Source: Schizochytrium sp. TIO01
Taxonomy: Eukaryota; Protista; Bigyra: Labyrinthulomycetes
Assembly: GCA_004764695.1 (NCBI GenBank)
Contig: SMSO01000025.1
Span: 2,294,001-2,358,000 of the forward strand
Direction of reading: 5' to 3'
Length of the DNA stretch: 64,000 nt
Shown here: one piece after another, positions 1 through 11,420 of the stretch
How positions within the stretch are numbered: the stretch's first letter is position 1
How the letters are laid out: the number at the start of each line of letters is the position of its first letter
Notes under the pieces: generated by a model
What the model was told of the DNA's origin: nothing
What the model saw: only the letters and a program-made list of their open reading frames with translations
Database searches by the model: none
Position numbers and translations under genes: made by a program

Positions 1-388
1 AGGGGCTATAAACTACAAGTTGAAAGCGTTGAAAGCGCCGCTCCCTCTCTCGTCCCTCGCTCGCCGGCGCTAGCTGCCAGAGGCGCTCTCTTCGCTGCGC
101 AGGGACAGCTGAGGAGGAGGAGGGGGCCCAGGATAAGGCAGCGGGAGCCACGGCCCCAGCCTGAGCCGCGGAGCGCCACAGGCCCAAAGCCTGGCTGGCT
201 GGCTGGGCCTCAGAGCAGACTCTCGACGGTGGATTGACCGATTTATTGATTTTGATTTGGTTGTTGTTAAATAAAGTTCACAAAATAGAGAGAATGAAAG
301 GATATTTTGAGCGAAGAGGAGTAGGGGTCAGATACGAGTAACGTTAGAAGTCCCTCGGCTTCTTGTTTTAATTGAAGGTGTAAGTATT

Positions 389-667
389 TTTGTTTGTTTG
401 TTTGTTTGTTTAAAAAAGATGTTTAATTTGATTTTCTGAAGAGCTTTGCTTGGACTGTTTGATTTGCATTGCAGAACTGGTTGGCACTCTGCGAATGATC
501 TTGGGTTTACAAATGATTGCGATGGGTGGGTGGTTACAGCAGCAGAGTGGTTCGAAGGAATTGGTCTCCACCTCGATTGGTGCTGATTGTTTTGCTTTGG
601 CTGTGGCTGATTGATTTGCTGATTGTTTTGCTCTGCATTGATTTCGAAGGTTTACTTTTGTTACTTT

Positions 668-703
<36 letters not shown>

Positions 704-705
704 TT
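389..705. repeat. (TTTG)n at ~389-410 and (TTTC)n at ~666-705 microsatellites upstream of AIP1
   Basis: Read directly. Confidence 0.9.
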
Positions 706-984
706 TCGAAGAGAAAAGAATCGAGAAGATGAAGAATGGAGAAAACATTGCTGACTGACCAAACCCGAAATCACATCAGGTTGAAGCCGTGCTATTCTGA
801 GCGTGGGAGCTAGCTCACCGCGTCTTCCCAGACCAGATCTGTTTGTGTGAGCATATTTACGGCCTATCTGCACCTGGATTTTCCTGGACTTACGTGCTCT
901 CTGAGACTAGGTTCGCTCGCTCAAGCTCGTCATCTTCATCTTCATCCGTTCTTGCCCTACAGCGATCCTTCTCAACAACTCAAA

Positions 985-2802
985 ATGGCTTCTTTCGCTG
1001 CGTCCGGCGTGAACTGCTACGCTCCTAACCCGAGTCCTGAGCGTGGACTTAGCTATGCCCTCAACTCCAGTCCTGATGGCAGCAAGCTCATTTACGGCTC
1101 CGGATACTCTGTGGTAATTCGTGATGCTGCCAATCCTCAAGATGTTGAAGTACTCGTTGGTCATCGCAAAAAGGTCAGCGTAGCCAAGTATTCTCCTGAT
1201 GGTATGCTCATCGCCTCCGCGGATGCTAGTGGCACAGTTCGTATCTGGTCCTCTGTGGATTTCTCACTCAAAAAGGAATTGCCGTGCCTCGGCGGTGCTA
1301 TCTTCGACCTTGCCTTTGACGACACAAGCAAGCGCATGGTCGTTTGCGGAGACGCTCGTGGAGTGAACTGTCGCGTGTTCATGTGGGAGTCTGGAAGCCC
1401 TCAGGGAGAGCCTGCAGGCACCTCCAAGCGTGTCCTTTCGTGCGATATCCGGCCCACGCAGCCGAGTCACCTGGCTACTGCCAGTGAGGACATGAAGGTC
1501 CGTCTTCACAAGGGACCGCCGTACAAGTTTACCGGTGCCTTCGAGGAGCACAAGAACTTTGTACAGTGTGTGAGGTACTCTCCTGATGGCCAGTTTATTG
1601 CGACTGCCTCCAGCGACAAGAACATCTACATTCTCGATGCGGAATCTGGTGAAATCCATACCAAGCTCCCCGAGGAGCACAAGGGATCTATCTACGCGGT
1701 CTCTTGGTCTCCCGACTCCAAGATGCTCCTCTCATGTTCAGGAGACAAGTCTGTAAAGCTCTGGGACATTTCATCATCCTCTTGTGCTGCAACTGTCTCT
1801 CTTGGAAACTCGGTATCTGACATGCAGGTTGGATGCGTCTTCTGCGGAGAAGAAGCTGTTTCGCTCAGCCTCAACGGAGACTTGCACTTCCTCGACATGG
1901 GTTCTTCTTCTGTGCAGCGTACTATCCAGTCTCATTCAAGTGTTCCGGCCAATATTTGCCGCGACTGGAGTGCCGACACCCCGGAGGTTTACGTGGGCTC
2001 TGCAGATGGAGACGTTTTTGTTTTCCACCCGGATGGCTCTGCAGAGCGCTTTGACGGATCCCCTGGCCCGAATGATGGTATCACAGTATGCGACGGTCAG
2101 CTTTACAGCGTTGGACATGATGATGTCTTGCGTCAGGCTGACGTCTCGGAGGGTTTCAAGTTCAAGGCTTCGACCGTGCCCCTTGACACCACCCCGATTG
2201 GCGTCAGCTCTGGCCCTGGAGATGCTGGTCTTGTAGTCACCGCCACTCATTCCATGCTGATCCTTGCTCGTGACGGCAAGCGCAAGGATGCATTCTCTTT
2301 CAAGGGTTACCAGGGTCTTTGTGTCGCCATGTCTGCCGACTGTACAGAATGTGTCGTTGGTGGCTCTGACAAGGCTGCTCATGTTTTTGCAATCTCTGGT
2401 GATAAGCTCGAGGACACCGGAATCAAGCTTGACAAACTTCAAGGACCTTGCACGTCTGCACGTTACTCCCCTACGGGTACTCACATTGCACTTGGTGACG
2501 AAGTTAAGGAAGTCACTCTTTGGGACCGCGCGACCCACGAGTGCCTCATTCGCAACAAGTGGGTTTTTCACCACAGCACTGTAACCTGCATTGCATTCTC
2601 TCCCTCTGGTCAGTATGTGGCATCAGGTTCCACCGACACTCAGGTTATCATTTGGAACGTCGATAAGAAAATGGCAAAGACCAAGATTCATCCAGCCCAC
2701 GCTCTTGGCGTTGTTAGCGTTGAATGGCTTGATGACGAAACTGTCATTTCGGCTGGTGGAGACATGTGCCTTCGCAAATGGTCCCCGAAGCTCCCCAAGT
2801 AG
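985..2802 (+). CDS. WDR1: Actin-interacting protein 1 (AIP1/WDR1), double WD40 beta-propeller
   Basis: First ATG in ORF 847..2802 is at 985 (caaaATGG context). AIP1 hallmarks: N-terminal PSPERG, VSVAKYSPDG..IASADASGTVRIW, DIRPT.P..LATASED, GPPYKF, HKNFVQCVRYSPDG, HKGSIYAVSWSPDS, W.FH...VTCIAFSP, SAGGDMCLRKW. Confidence 0.92.
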   Translation: MASFAASGVNCYAPNPSPERGLSYALNSSPDGSKLIYGSGYSVVIRDAANPQDVEVLVGHRKKVSVAKYSPDGMLIASADASGTVRIWSSVDFSLKKELPCLGGAIFDLAFDDTSKRMVVCGDARGVNCRVFMWESGSPQGEPAGTSKRVLSCDIRPTQPSHLATASEDMKVRLHKGPPYKFTGAFEEHKNFVQCVRYSPDGQFIATASSDKNIYILDAESGEIHTKLPEEHKGSIYAVSWSPDSKMLLSCSGDKSVKLWDISSSSCAATVSLGNSVSDMQVGCVFCGEEAVSLSLNGDLHFLDMGSSSVQRTIQSHSSVPANICRDWSADTPEVYVGSADGDVFVFHPDGSAERFDGSPGPNDGITVCDGQLYSVGHDDVLRQADVSEGFKFKASTVPLDTTPIGVSSGPGDAGLVVTATHSMLILARDGKRKDAFSFKGYQGLCVAMSADCTECVVGGSDKAAHVFAISGDKLEDTGIKLDKLQGPCTSARYSPTGTHIALGDEVKEVTLWDRATHECLIRNKWVFHHSTVTCIAFSPSGQYVASGSTDTQVIIWNVDKKMAKTKIHPAHALGVVSVEWLDDETVISAGGDMCLRKWSPKLPK

Positions 2803-3341
2803 AAACACAGATACATACATATATCCTGTACTTGGTTTTCTGCACAGGGTTGTCTGAAAAGGAGTGGCGCAGGATTCATTACACCTACTGAGATAACTGT
2901 AGATAACGCATTCCCCTCACTCCCCACAATTTATTGTCACTATCTTTTCTATTGAGTCTCTCAATCTACGCACCTTCGTTTCAGATTATCGCTTTGACTA
3001 TATACATCAATCTTCTCTAATTCTTATATCTTTTACTTTTTAACTTATGAACCAAGTGCCTTCCCACCAGCAAAACAATGGGAGGTATTTTCCGTGGCAT
3101 AATCATCAGTCCGCTATCCTTATCTTCAATTAAATATATATAGTCAAAAGGATCTTCAACAAAACCAGAGACATCGTCAAGCGTTACTCACGAGCTATTT
3201 TGGTGTATTTAATTGTAGGTATTAGGCCTACATACTCGCGAATCCGAATTCGAACAGCAAAAATGAAACTTAATATTTTGGTTCAGCACTATCAATTTAT
3301 CCTTTTCGCTTAATTAAAAAATGTACTTCGCAATGCTGACA

Positions 3342-6300
3342 CTATTGTAAGATACAAGCTCTAGCGTTAATTACGATGTTATGGTTCTGTGAGGTCTGAA
3401 GTGATCTTTCAGAAGGATTTTTGTGTATTTCTTTTTTAACATAGTCCATCGCCATAGTCTTTAAGGAGATTGAAGCGAGCTGCAAAAAACTATTCAAGAT
3501 ATGTTTGCTCGTGTCTCGATTCATGATTAGCAATCGATAGAATTTATTTACTTTCGTATTCATCATTGGCAAGTCGTAGAATTTGCGCACCTCACTAAAT
3601 GACAATTCATACATTCTGCAATTGATCTCTGAATCAGGCGTCTCCTCAATCGACTGGCGAACTGTACATTCCGTTGGATTCACCAGAAATTTGGTTGCCT
3701 CTGAAGAGATTTCTAAACAGCGAAACGAAAAGGATGAGTATGGATCTGGTGCATGATGTATGAAGACGTATGCCCTGAGCCCATCTTCTAACTTGTGGCA
3801 TTGACACTCCTCCAAGGTACCCTTTTCATACTCACAACTATCAATAGATGGACAAGGCGAATGCAAAAACGGCGATAAAGCCTTGTATGATCGTAAGCAG
3901 GCTACAAAGGCGCAGAAACTGATCCTCTCCTGGCCCATTCTCCTCTGAAATTTGGCCATCTGGTACTGAGCAAAGGCGGCTGTTGCCTCAGCATCTGCAA
4001 GCTGCTTGCGCTGCCAAGAACGAACGAGCCGATAGCTTTGGCTTCCCAACAAGACTCCATAGGTTGGTTGTTCATGCGCAAACACTGGCAATGCCTGATT
4101 TAAATAGCTCGCTCCCTCAAAATGATATTGGACTCCCGCATGGGCATAATGCGTACCAATCATAACTTGAAGCCTATGCTTCGGAATTGACGTGAAATCT
4201 CCTAATAGAAGCCTCTCGGCATAGATGCTTCCAAGATCTTTATGAAGCTGCCTCCGATAAGCTGGCATAAGGCTCTCATAAATTGGGGTTATATGACCCT
4301 TTACATCGTTGATGATATATTGATTGGAAGCAATATATCGAATGAGCTGTAAATCTTGTTGTAGAATTGTTAGAGCATATTCCACATCTGAAGAAAGAAC
4401 GGATACGGTTGGGAGAGACGGCAAGATATCGGTATCAAGGCGCGTGCTTACCATTCCCATAACTGCAATAATTTTCAATACTGTTTGTATCACTTCGTAA
4501 TTCTCAAGGCCTAAGGTCAAACGAGATATATCTGCAACAAATCCGTTATGTTGACGATTGCGTAGTTCAGCATTTTGCATCGTTCGCTTAGACACATTTG
4601 TCACACGGACAACTTTAGCGTTGCCAAGAATCCCAATGTTGGTTAAAACTCTATTGTCGTCGAGGTCTCGAATATTTTCGTCTTTCATAAGAGGCAAAAA
4701 TGCTTGCATACTAGCTTCGAAACCTCGAACAAATATCTCGAAAACAATAAACCTTTGAAGTTTGAATTGAGAGCACCCCAAAAATGTATCTTGATCAATC
4801 ATGATTGTTGACCTAGTTATCCCACCATATTGCTTAGGTGTGCTCGCACGTGCTGCAAGGCTTTCAGATATTTTAGGTACGTCTCCAATTATTGCATAAA
4901 CAAATCGAGTGACACCTCCTATGAGGCCAATCTTGCTGAAACCAGATGCAATACCGATCGAGCATTGAATGTCCTTTTTATCTTCAAAGAGCTTCTGGAT
5001 ACCAAATGCTGCAGCTAACGCATGGTTTTCACCCAGTGTACTGAGAACTCCGAAACTTGCACTGATCACTAACCCTCGCCCGTCAATCCAACATGCAAGA
5101 ACTTCGCCTATATATGATGTAGTGACTTCTATCACACCACTAATTAGTTGTTGCAGTTTTTCTGGAACTAATTTTATTTCATTCGAAACTATATCTGGGA
5201 TAACAACTGTTAGTATACTACAATATATTCTTTCGAGTTGAGAAACAAAGCATCCCAATGTTATATCTGAAAACACCTTGTTTGTGACAAAACTTGCGAG
5301 GCTCCCCTGTAAAGATGTATCTGCAAATGATCGGGTTGAAGTGTTGAATATCAATCCTGTGTCCTCTTCGCCAAGAGAGTCTAGAGATATGGCTCGTGAA
5401 AGGGAGTTTGAGGCTATGGACCCGCCATATGTTCCTGGCACAGCTTTAGAAGATTTGGTTTTACCAACTTTAGCAAACGTTTGCAAAGAGGGTAGTGGCC
5501 TCGCTCTTGATCCTCTTCCTTGAATTAGATCGAAATAAGGATTTTCCTGTTGGCTTAGACTAATATAATCTTTGCTTGTCAAAAGGCGTTCGTGTAGTAT
5601 TTGCGTTGTCGGTTGAGTGCTACCAACGCGTAAGCGAACATGTTCGGCAGGATGTACGATTCTATCTTTCACATCCCCAATAGATTGATGGACAAGAAGC
5701 CCATCCGAGTACTTGTCGCATAATGTTGCAGTACATTCCACACAGTCACCTGAAAGAAGAACAACCCTTCGGTGCATGGTTCCAGCAATATGAATATTGA
5801 GAGTTCCGTACGCCACGACAATTTTAGGTTTAATGTGATCCTTAGCAAGTGCATTTCCTTCCAACCGAAAATTCTGAATGTTTACTAGGACTTCAAGAGC
5901 AAACAATAGTGCTCTAGATTGTGTCAATGACTTGGCTGCTCCGGGGCTTTTTGCTTGAGTTCCAAACAAAGGTTCTGTCGGAAATATAACTTTGACGGTG
6001 TCATCATAGAGCTCAACAGCATCCCCGTGAAACTTATGAACTTGTGTTATTAACATCTCCCAAAACCGGAGAAGAATATCACCATTAATAGTTGTCACTT
6101 GTGCGGGCTTTTCATCAGCTTGCACAAGCTCGCCGGTCATGTTTAAATAATTCCAATGTTTCACTTGATTAACCTGTCTAGCGAAGTCTGTCAACTTCTC
6201 AATTTTAATGTGCACAATTGCACCAGGCATGCAATGACAGACACCTGGTCGTGCTCCTTTGGAGTCTTTATGCCATAGAATCCATCGAAGGATACCAGGA

Positions 6301-6695
6301 GTTAGTGTTTTCATCTTAATCATCGCATCACGAATTTGTGCTTGCTGTGCCAGGTCTTCAATTGTAATATATCGATTTGTAAGATTTACGCATCGCTGAA
6401 ACCTAGCTTGGAGTTGTTTTCGTCTTAGTTGCATTCTAGACTTTCGATATGCATTTTGAATAATTAATGCAGCATCTGAAATCGGCTGCCGAGAGCTTAG
6501 TGACAAGTGAGCAGGCGCAGAGCCTCGACCGATGGTTGTCTCGTGGGTGGAATGAAAAGACACCTGTCGTTTAAATACACCAGGCGGTGGCTTGTATATA
6601 GTCTCTGGATCTGCCTTTGCTGTGCCAAGAATAGCGTTCGCAGTTTCCTCATTTTCAAACTGAGAATCAGCGCTGCTCTCGTCATTATCGATCAT
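3342..6695 (-). CDS. Degenerate soluble adenylyl cyclase (ADCY10/sAC)-like protein with N-terminal IQ motif
   Basis: IQ motif AALIIQNAYRKSR. Two class III cyclase-like halves: KFHGDAVELYDDTVKVIF, and IDGRGLVISASFG...CSIGIASG...YAIIGDVPKISESLAARA. Followed by IYESLMPAYRRQLH, a post-NTPase helical motif typical of sAC-like STAND proteins. Confidence 0.65.
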   Translation of the reverse strand: MIDNDESSADSQFENEETANAILGTAKADPETIYKPPPGVFKRQVSFHSTHETTIGRGSAPAHLSLSSRQPISDAALIIQNAYRKSRMQLRRKQLQARFQRCVNLTNRYITIEDLAQQAQIRDAMIKMKTLTPGILRWILWHKDSKGARPGVCHCMPGAIVHIKIEKLTDFARQVNQVKHWNYLNMTGELVQADEKPAQVTTINGDILLRFWEMLITQVHKFHGDAVELYDDTVKVIFPTEPLFGTQAKSPGAAKSLTQSRALLFALEVLVNIQNFRLEGNALAKDHIKPKIVVAYGTLNIHIAGTMHRRVVLLSGDCVECTATLCDKYSDGLLVHQSIGDVKDRIVHPAEHVRLRVGSTQPTTQILHERLLTSKDYISLSQQENPYFDLIQGRGSRARPLPSLQTFAKVGKTKSSKAVPGTYGGSIASNSLSRAISLDSLGEEDTGLIFNTSTRSFADTSLQGSLASFVTNKVFSDITLGCFVSQLERIYCSILTVVIPDIVSNEIKLVPEKLQQLISGVIEVTTSYIGEVLACWIDGRGLVISASFGVLSTLGENHALAAAFGIQKLFEDKKDIQCSIGIASGFSKIGLIGGVTRFVYAIIGDVPKISESLAARASTPKQYGGITRSTIMIDQDTFLGCSQFKLQRFIVFEIFVRGFEASMQAFLPLMKDENIRDLDDNRVLTNIGILGNAKVVRVTNVSKRTMQNAELRNRQHNGFVADISRLTLGLENYEVIQTVLKIIAVMGMVSTRLDTDILPSLPTVSVLSSDVEYALTILQQDLQLIRYIASNQYIINDVKGHITPIYESLMPAYRRQLHKDLGSIYAERLLLGDFTSIPKHRLQVMIGTHYAHAGVQYHFEGASYLNQALPVFAHEQPTYGVLLGSQSYRLVRSWQRKQLADAEATAAFAQYQMAKFQRRMGQERISFCAFVACLRSYKALSPFLHSPCPSIDSCEYEKGTLEECQCHKLEDGLRAYVFIHHAPDPYSSFSFRCLEISSEATKFLVNPTECTVRQSIEETPDSEINCRMYELSFSEVRKFYDLPMMNTKVNKFYRLLIMNRDTSKHILNSFLQLASISLKTMAMDYVKKEIHKNPSERSLQTSQNHNIVINARACILQ

Positions 6696-8157
6696 TGTGA
6701 TGTTGTTTGCCTGAATTCTCCTTCAGAGTGCTCACTGGTTCATCGAAGTAACTAAAAGCTCAAAGTTCTTCTGGAGTAATAAAGCGCCCTACTCAAAGTC
6801 CTCTACAGGACCTTCCTGATTGTCTTTGCGTGCAACTTGCGGCTTGTAAGTTGTTCCACCTCATAAAATTGTCACATTAGGTTTTGATTGCAAATATCTG
6901 TGCGTCTACGTGCGTACTATACTTGGTTCTTCACCAGATGGAAGAAGCAGGGGCTCGTTCTATGTACCATCGTTAGTACTTCTCGAACTAGAAAAAGTTG
7001 CACATTCTACAACCTTTAAAAATAGGCAATTTTAAAGATTTAAAAGCTGCTGACAAGGCAAACTAACATTATAGAAAATATACAGGGTTGCGCGTAAGAC
7101 GAAATAGCATATATAAATAAAGATTGTTTAATACTGGATTATACTGATTTAAAAATTATGTTTGCTTGTATCATCTCAAGGCATTAGGAAACCCAACTGG
7201 AGCGAATTTCAACACCAGAAAGTTCCGTTGTAGGTGATCACCCTGTGTCCAAATTTCTTCCCAGACCATTTTTCCTTTTTAAGAACATCTAAGGTAGCTT
7301 TTTGTTACTTGCTTATAATAAAAATATATAATAATAATAATTATTATTATTCAAGTTAGTCAATCAAAATAATAGGAAAACACTTTAAAGTTCATAGAAA
7401 TAAAGTTTTTTGCTAAAATATTGTTTTTAACTCAATAAAATTATTTTTAATTACATTTAAGTCAAACGAACTTCGTTGTTAATTTGGGACAAAGAAACTT
7501 CACATGAGTTACCTGGCTCTCCATGTGTAGACTGGCATGGCTCATATGAAGGTATTTTTGTTTAGGAATCAGGAACCCTAAATTATATCCATTAATAGAA
7601 GTTGATAGATTCAAAACTTGACTTGAGCAATAGTTCTAAAAAATTATAAAGTATTACATTCGTAACGGAAACATAATTCAGGTTATTGTTTTATTGTTTG
7701 AAGAGTATTCTTTCAAAAGAATATTTTCAATAGCTCTCTCAATGTTTCTGTCATGAAAGTGATTGAGAACTGATGCTGCACTGCTCGTCGCACGTCAAAT
7801 ATTACATAGGCCTTAATTTGAAAAAAATCTACTACTACAGGACTCAAGTAAGGTAGGCAAACAGCCTTGCTGCCAATAACGAAAAAAAGGAGAGTAAGCA
7901 GTGCATCTTTCAGAGCAGGTCAGCGGACAGTTGTTACCTGAGATAAATTGCAGATCGCACAGAATTTCGATCTAGGTAATCTATCAAGGTCAACAGAAGA
8001 AGAATCTGAGAGATGACACGAGACATCCCCCCAGAATGAACTTTAGCAAATGAAGTGTTTGGAGGAAACTCCTGACTTAACATGTTGCTTCATTATTCGA
8101 TGTTCTTGAAAGAACAACTTAAAGAAAGAGAAGGAAAAAGTTGTTTTGCTTCCCTGT

Positions 8158-8516
8158 GTGCTTCTATTCTAACGACTGATTGTCTAAACTGTCCGCGGAC
8201 ATCTGGTAAAGATGATCTTGAGCCAAGCAGTGTGCAAGAGAAGCTCGTGCTTCTATTCTAACGACTGATTGTCTAAACTGTCCGCGGACATCTGGTAAAG
8301 ATGATCTTGAGCCAAGCAGTGTGCAAGAGAAGCTCGTGCTTCTATTCTAACGACTGATTGTCTAAACTGTCCGCGGACATCTGGTAAAGATGATCTTGAG
8401 CCAAGCAGTGTGCAAGAGAAGCTCGTGCTTCTATTCTAACGACTGATTGTCTAAACTGTCCGCAGACATATGGTAAAGATGATTTTGAGCCAAACAGTAT
8501 GCAAGAGAAGCTCGTG
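8158..8516. repeat. Tandem repeat, 4 x 89 bp
   Basis: Unit GTGCTTCTATTCTAACGACTG...GCAAGAGAAGCTC starts at 8158, 8247, 8336 and 8425. Copies 1-3 are identical; copy 4 has 5 substitutions. Confidence 0.97.
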
Positions 8517-10429
8517 AATCAAAACCATTATTCAACCTTTCAAAGACTTCGATGAATGATTTTTTAATTTGCTACGTGTTATAAAGTAATGATATCTATA
8601 GCAACCTGACTGCCATTAGGTTGTACATACACACCTTTCTATGGCAGCTATTCTAGATGTTTGGTTGCTTCTCACATTCCAAAAGGTAAAAGTTCCAGGC
8701 ATTGTTCGGGTTTAGTATAGATCACTGTGCGTTTGATAAGCTTCTTGCTTCGCTGTGTACCCGTATCTGGTTGTTGGCGAATGCTTACATTGCATGAATT
8801 TAAAGTAGAGCAAGAGCGCGAGGCAAGTTTTAGTTCATTGATCAGGGTGAAAATTATGCGCTCTAAAGTATCATGATTAGAGTTGTGCAAGACAAAATTC
8901 ATGAAGCGCCGATTCACCATATTTTTTTTTAATTTGACTATATTTACTATATAGCATAGTGTCGAGTCCTAGTGCTTCTCGTTGTCGAACGAGGTCTACA
9001 GAAAGGCAAGTTTCGTCGAGACCAAGAACGATTTAAGACTTACAACAAGCAAATTTTGCACGCGTACAGTCAGAGATTCGCATTTGTATATATCAAGCAG
9101 AAAGGATAACCATTTGATTTTCGTTTGAAATGTAGTCTTTTAGAGTTTATAACTTCCGTGCAACTGCACTTACTGTAGATGCATGTTCGCTAAAAAATAA
9201 ATTTTAAAAATACAAATGATAATTTACCATCTTGTTGAATACAATCTAGCTAGAGTTGCGATATCAGCAGTACTACTTTCAATATAGATTTACTATCACA
9301 CTTGATACTTCACAACTGGGAATTGTCATACAAAATGTATATAATGAGAGAGTAACCTAGAAATAGTACTAAATTAGTTTCACAAGAAAGATCAAAGGAA
9401 TAAAAGGGGTTCGTTCAAATGAAACACTTAGTATTAAACACTTATGTCTACTGGCTCAATCTTCATAGATACTGAACATCCATAGTGGTTATTCTAACGT
9501 CTAACCTTTTGAAATAATGATTGACAACGAAAACACTGTCGATTTTTCATTGGCAATTATGACAGCAGAATTCATTTTTATTTATATTTGTTAGCGAACA
9601 CTCATATTTCCTATAGGCAACCCGTATGTACTCTTTCTATACAAATTATACTTCACTTGAGACACAATTAGAATTACCACCATTGCGGCGTAGCTTTCGG
9701 ATTTCTTGTTTTCAGAAGGATTTCTTGTTCAGAATAAGATTGGAGCAAAGAATGAAAGCGTAGATTTTAATGTTAGCAAATCTATTAGAACTAAGAAATT
9801 GGATGCCACCTAAGACTGATATTGCTGTTTTGGTGATAGTATGTCTAACTGAGACGGTCCAAACTTCAATTTTACATGTGGTTTTGTATGCTCTTGAGAG
9901 TTTGACTTTCATGTTTACTTCAATGCTGTCTACAGTGAAGAAAAACTAAACTTCAGCTGGATGTTGGATTCAGAGCAACTGGAGATTAATGAAAAGCTTG
10001 TTTATAACAAGCATTCAATAGTGCATGAATAGACCTTCCTGCAGAATGTTTTAAATCGGCTAGGGATGAACTGGCGAGATGAAGGCAAACAAAAATACTT
10101 TCGGATAACTTTGGAACAGAGTCATCATAAACCTAGAGATAGAGATTTGCTATCCTGCGAGTTTATAATACATGGCGTACTTTAAACAAACCTTATCTGT
10201 ATTTTTATATTACTGCTAACGTCAATCCCTGACCAGTTAGAGGTTGACTGTGACGATGACAGCTAGGAACTTGAAATGTATGATTAGACTCGAGAAGACA
10301 CTATATACTTAAGCTTATTGATCTGACCTTGGAAATAAACACCAACGTGGACTGATTCAAATTTTAATTAGGAGACTAAGACAGACTTTGATCTCTATTA
10401 CGCAAACTTTAATGGTTCGGTTAACTCCC

Positions 10430-11420
10430 ATTCCTTCCTTCATCACCAATTTAAGTTTGTCCCTACGTACTCACTTGAGTATACTATGTGTTTTACCTTG
10501 GATCTTCTTAGCGTTACACCTTGAAGCTAATAGTCCAGTTTTGGCTTAGATAATTTTTCATATGTAAGGAGTTATAAAAATGTGCCAAAGATTTTGATAA
10601 TATCTTGTCAAGATAGTTTTTCGATTGGTAATCTCAACAGTTTCCAAAAAGTGAAAAGGCTCGTCTTTTAAGTCTATCTAGTCTCCTCAGCCATTAGTTT
10701 AAGTTTTACCTTACCCATGCTCACTCTACTGGATAGGTGGATAGTTAGTCAACCTTTCAATCTTCAGTTCCTTGGCTCCAGAACCATGTCTCGAAGTGTC
10801 TAGTTATATACGGTGTGGCTCCTAATAATTTAGGACGTACAATAGTGTGCCAAGGACTCTGGCACTATACAGGCATCGATCCATGATCCTATAACCTCCG
10901 AACTGGTCTTCATGTTGAAGTTGTGGAGTAAAACCATCATCATACATTATGCCTCGGTATTAAGCTTGCGTTTCATTGAATCAACTTAGTTACGTATAAA
11001 GTCCCGATGAGATTTAGTTCGTGATCTTTATCAATATTGACTTTATATAACTACATTTTGCACCTACTAGATATTTACGTAGAATCGTTGCCACATTGAT
11101 GAAGGCATTGGTAGCTGAACATTGAACTTTTAAAACATTCCCATTATATGAATTGGTATATTTCAGTATCAATGAGAATGCATTAATTTGCTGTTGGCTC
11201 TAGCTAGGTCTGTCCGCGCAGTCACTTAAGCACCTCACCACCGTTAAATTAGTTATACCTTGAGCTTTTCAGGCTATATAAACAAGGGACCATAGGGTGC
11301 CCTTAATTTGGGCTCTACATTCATTCGGTTGTGTTCATAATTTTTTATTCATTGCTCCTGTGGCAGCCTAAACTGACCGCTTTGCGTACAAAACACGTAA
11401 GCCACATCTACAATGAGCAC
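10430..11420 (-). mobile_element. Highly decayed Ty1/copia LTR-retrotransposon pol (RT/RNase H) remnant
   Basis: Minus-strand manual translation gives copia RT motifs in the expected order: DVAY(V)F/LYA with a 1-nt frameshift (~11385-11410), LYSLKSSRYN*F (~11247-11282; copia consensus LYGLKQSGxxW), YVN (~11073-11081; YVDD-like), RVLGTLLYV (~10834-10860; GSLLYL-like) and KHI...YVGT (~10460-10495). Confidence 0.6.

Noticed and set aside
847-984. GTG-initiated N-terminal extension of AIP1 (similar extensions on FolD and the WD40 gene)
   Set aside because: Eukaryotic genes; homology starts at the downstream ATG.
8158-8516. Possible CRISPR-like array
   Set aside because: Units are head-to-tail with no unique spacers, the context is eukaryotic and there are no cas genes.
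7100-8940. Possible endogenous virus or KDZ-type transposase remnant
   Set aside because: Only short ambiguous peptide fragments; no diagnostic motif series could be assembled by eye.
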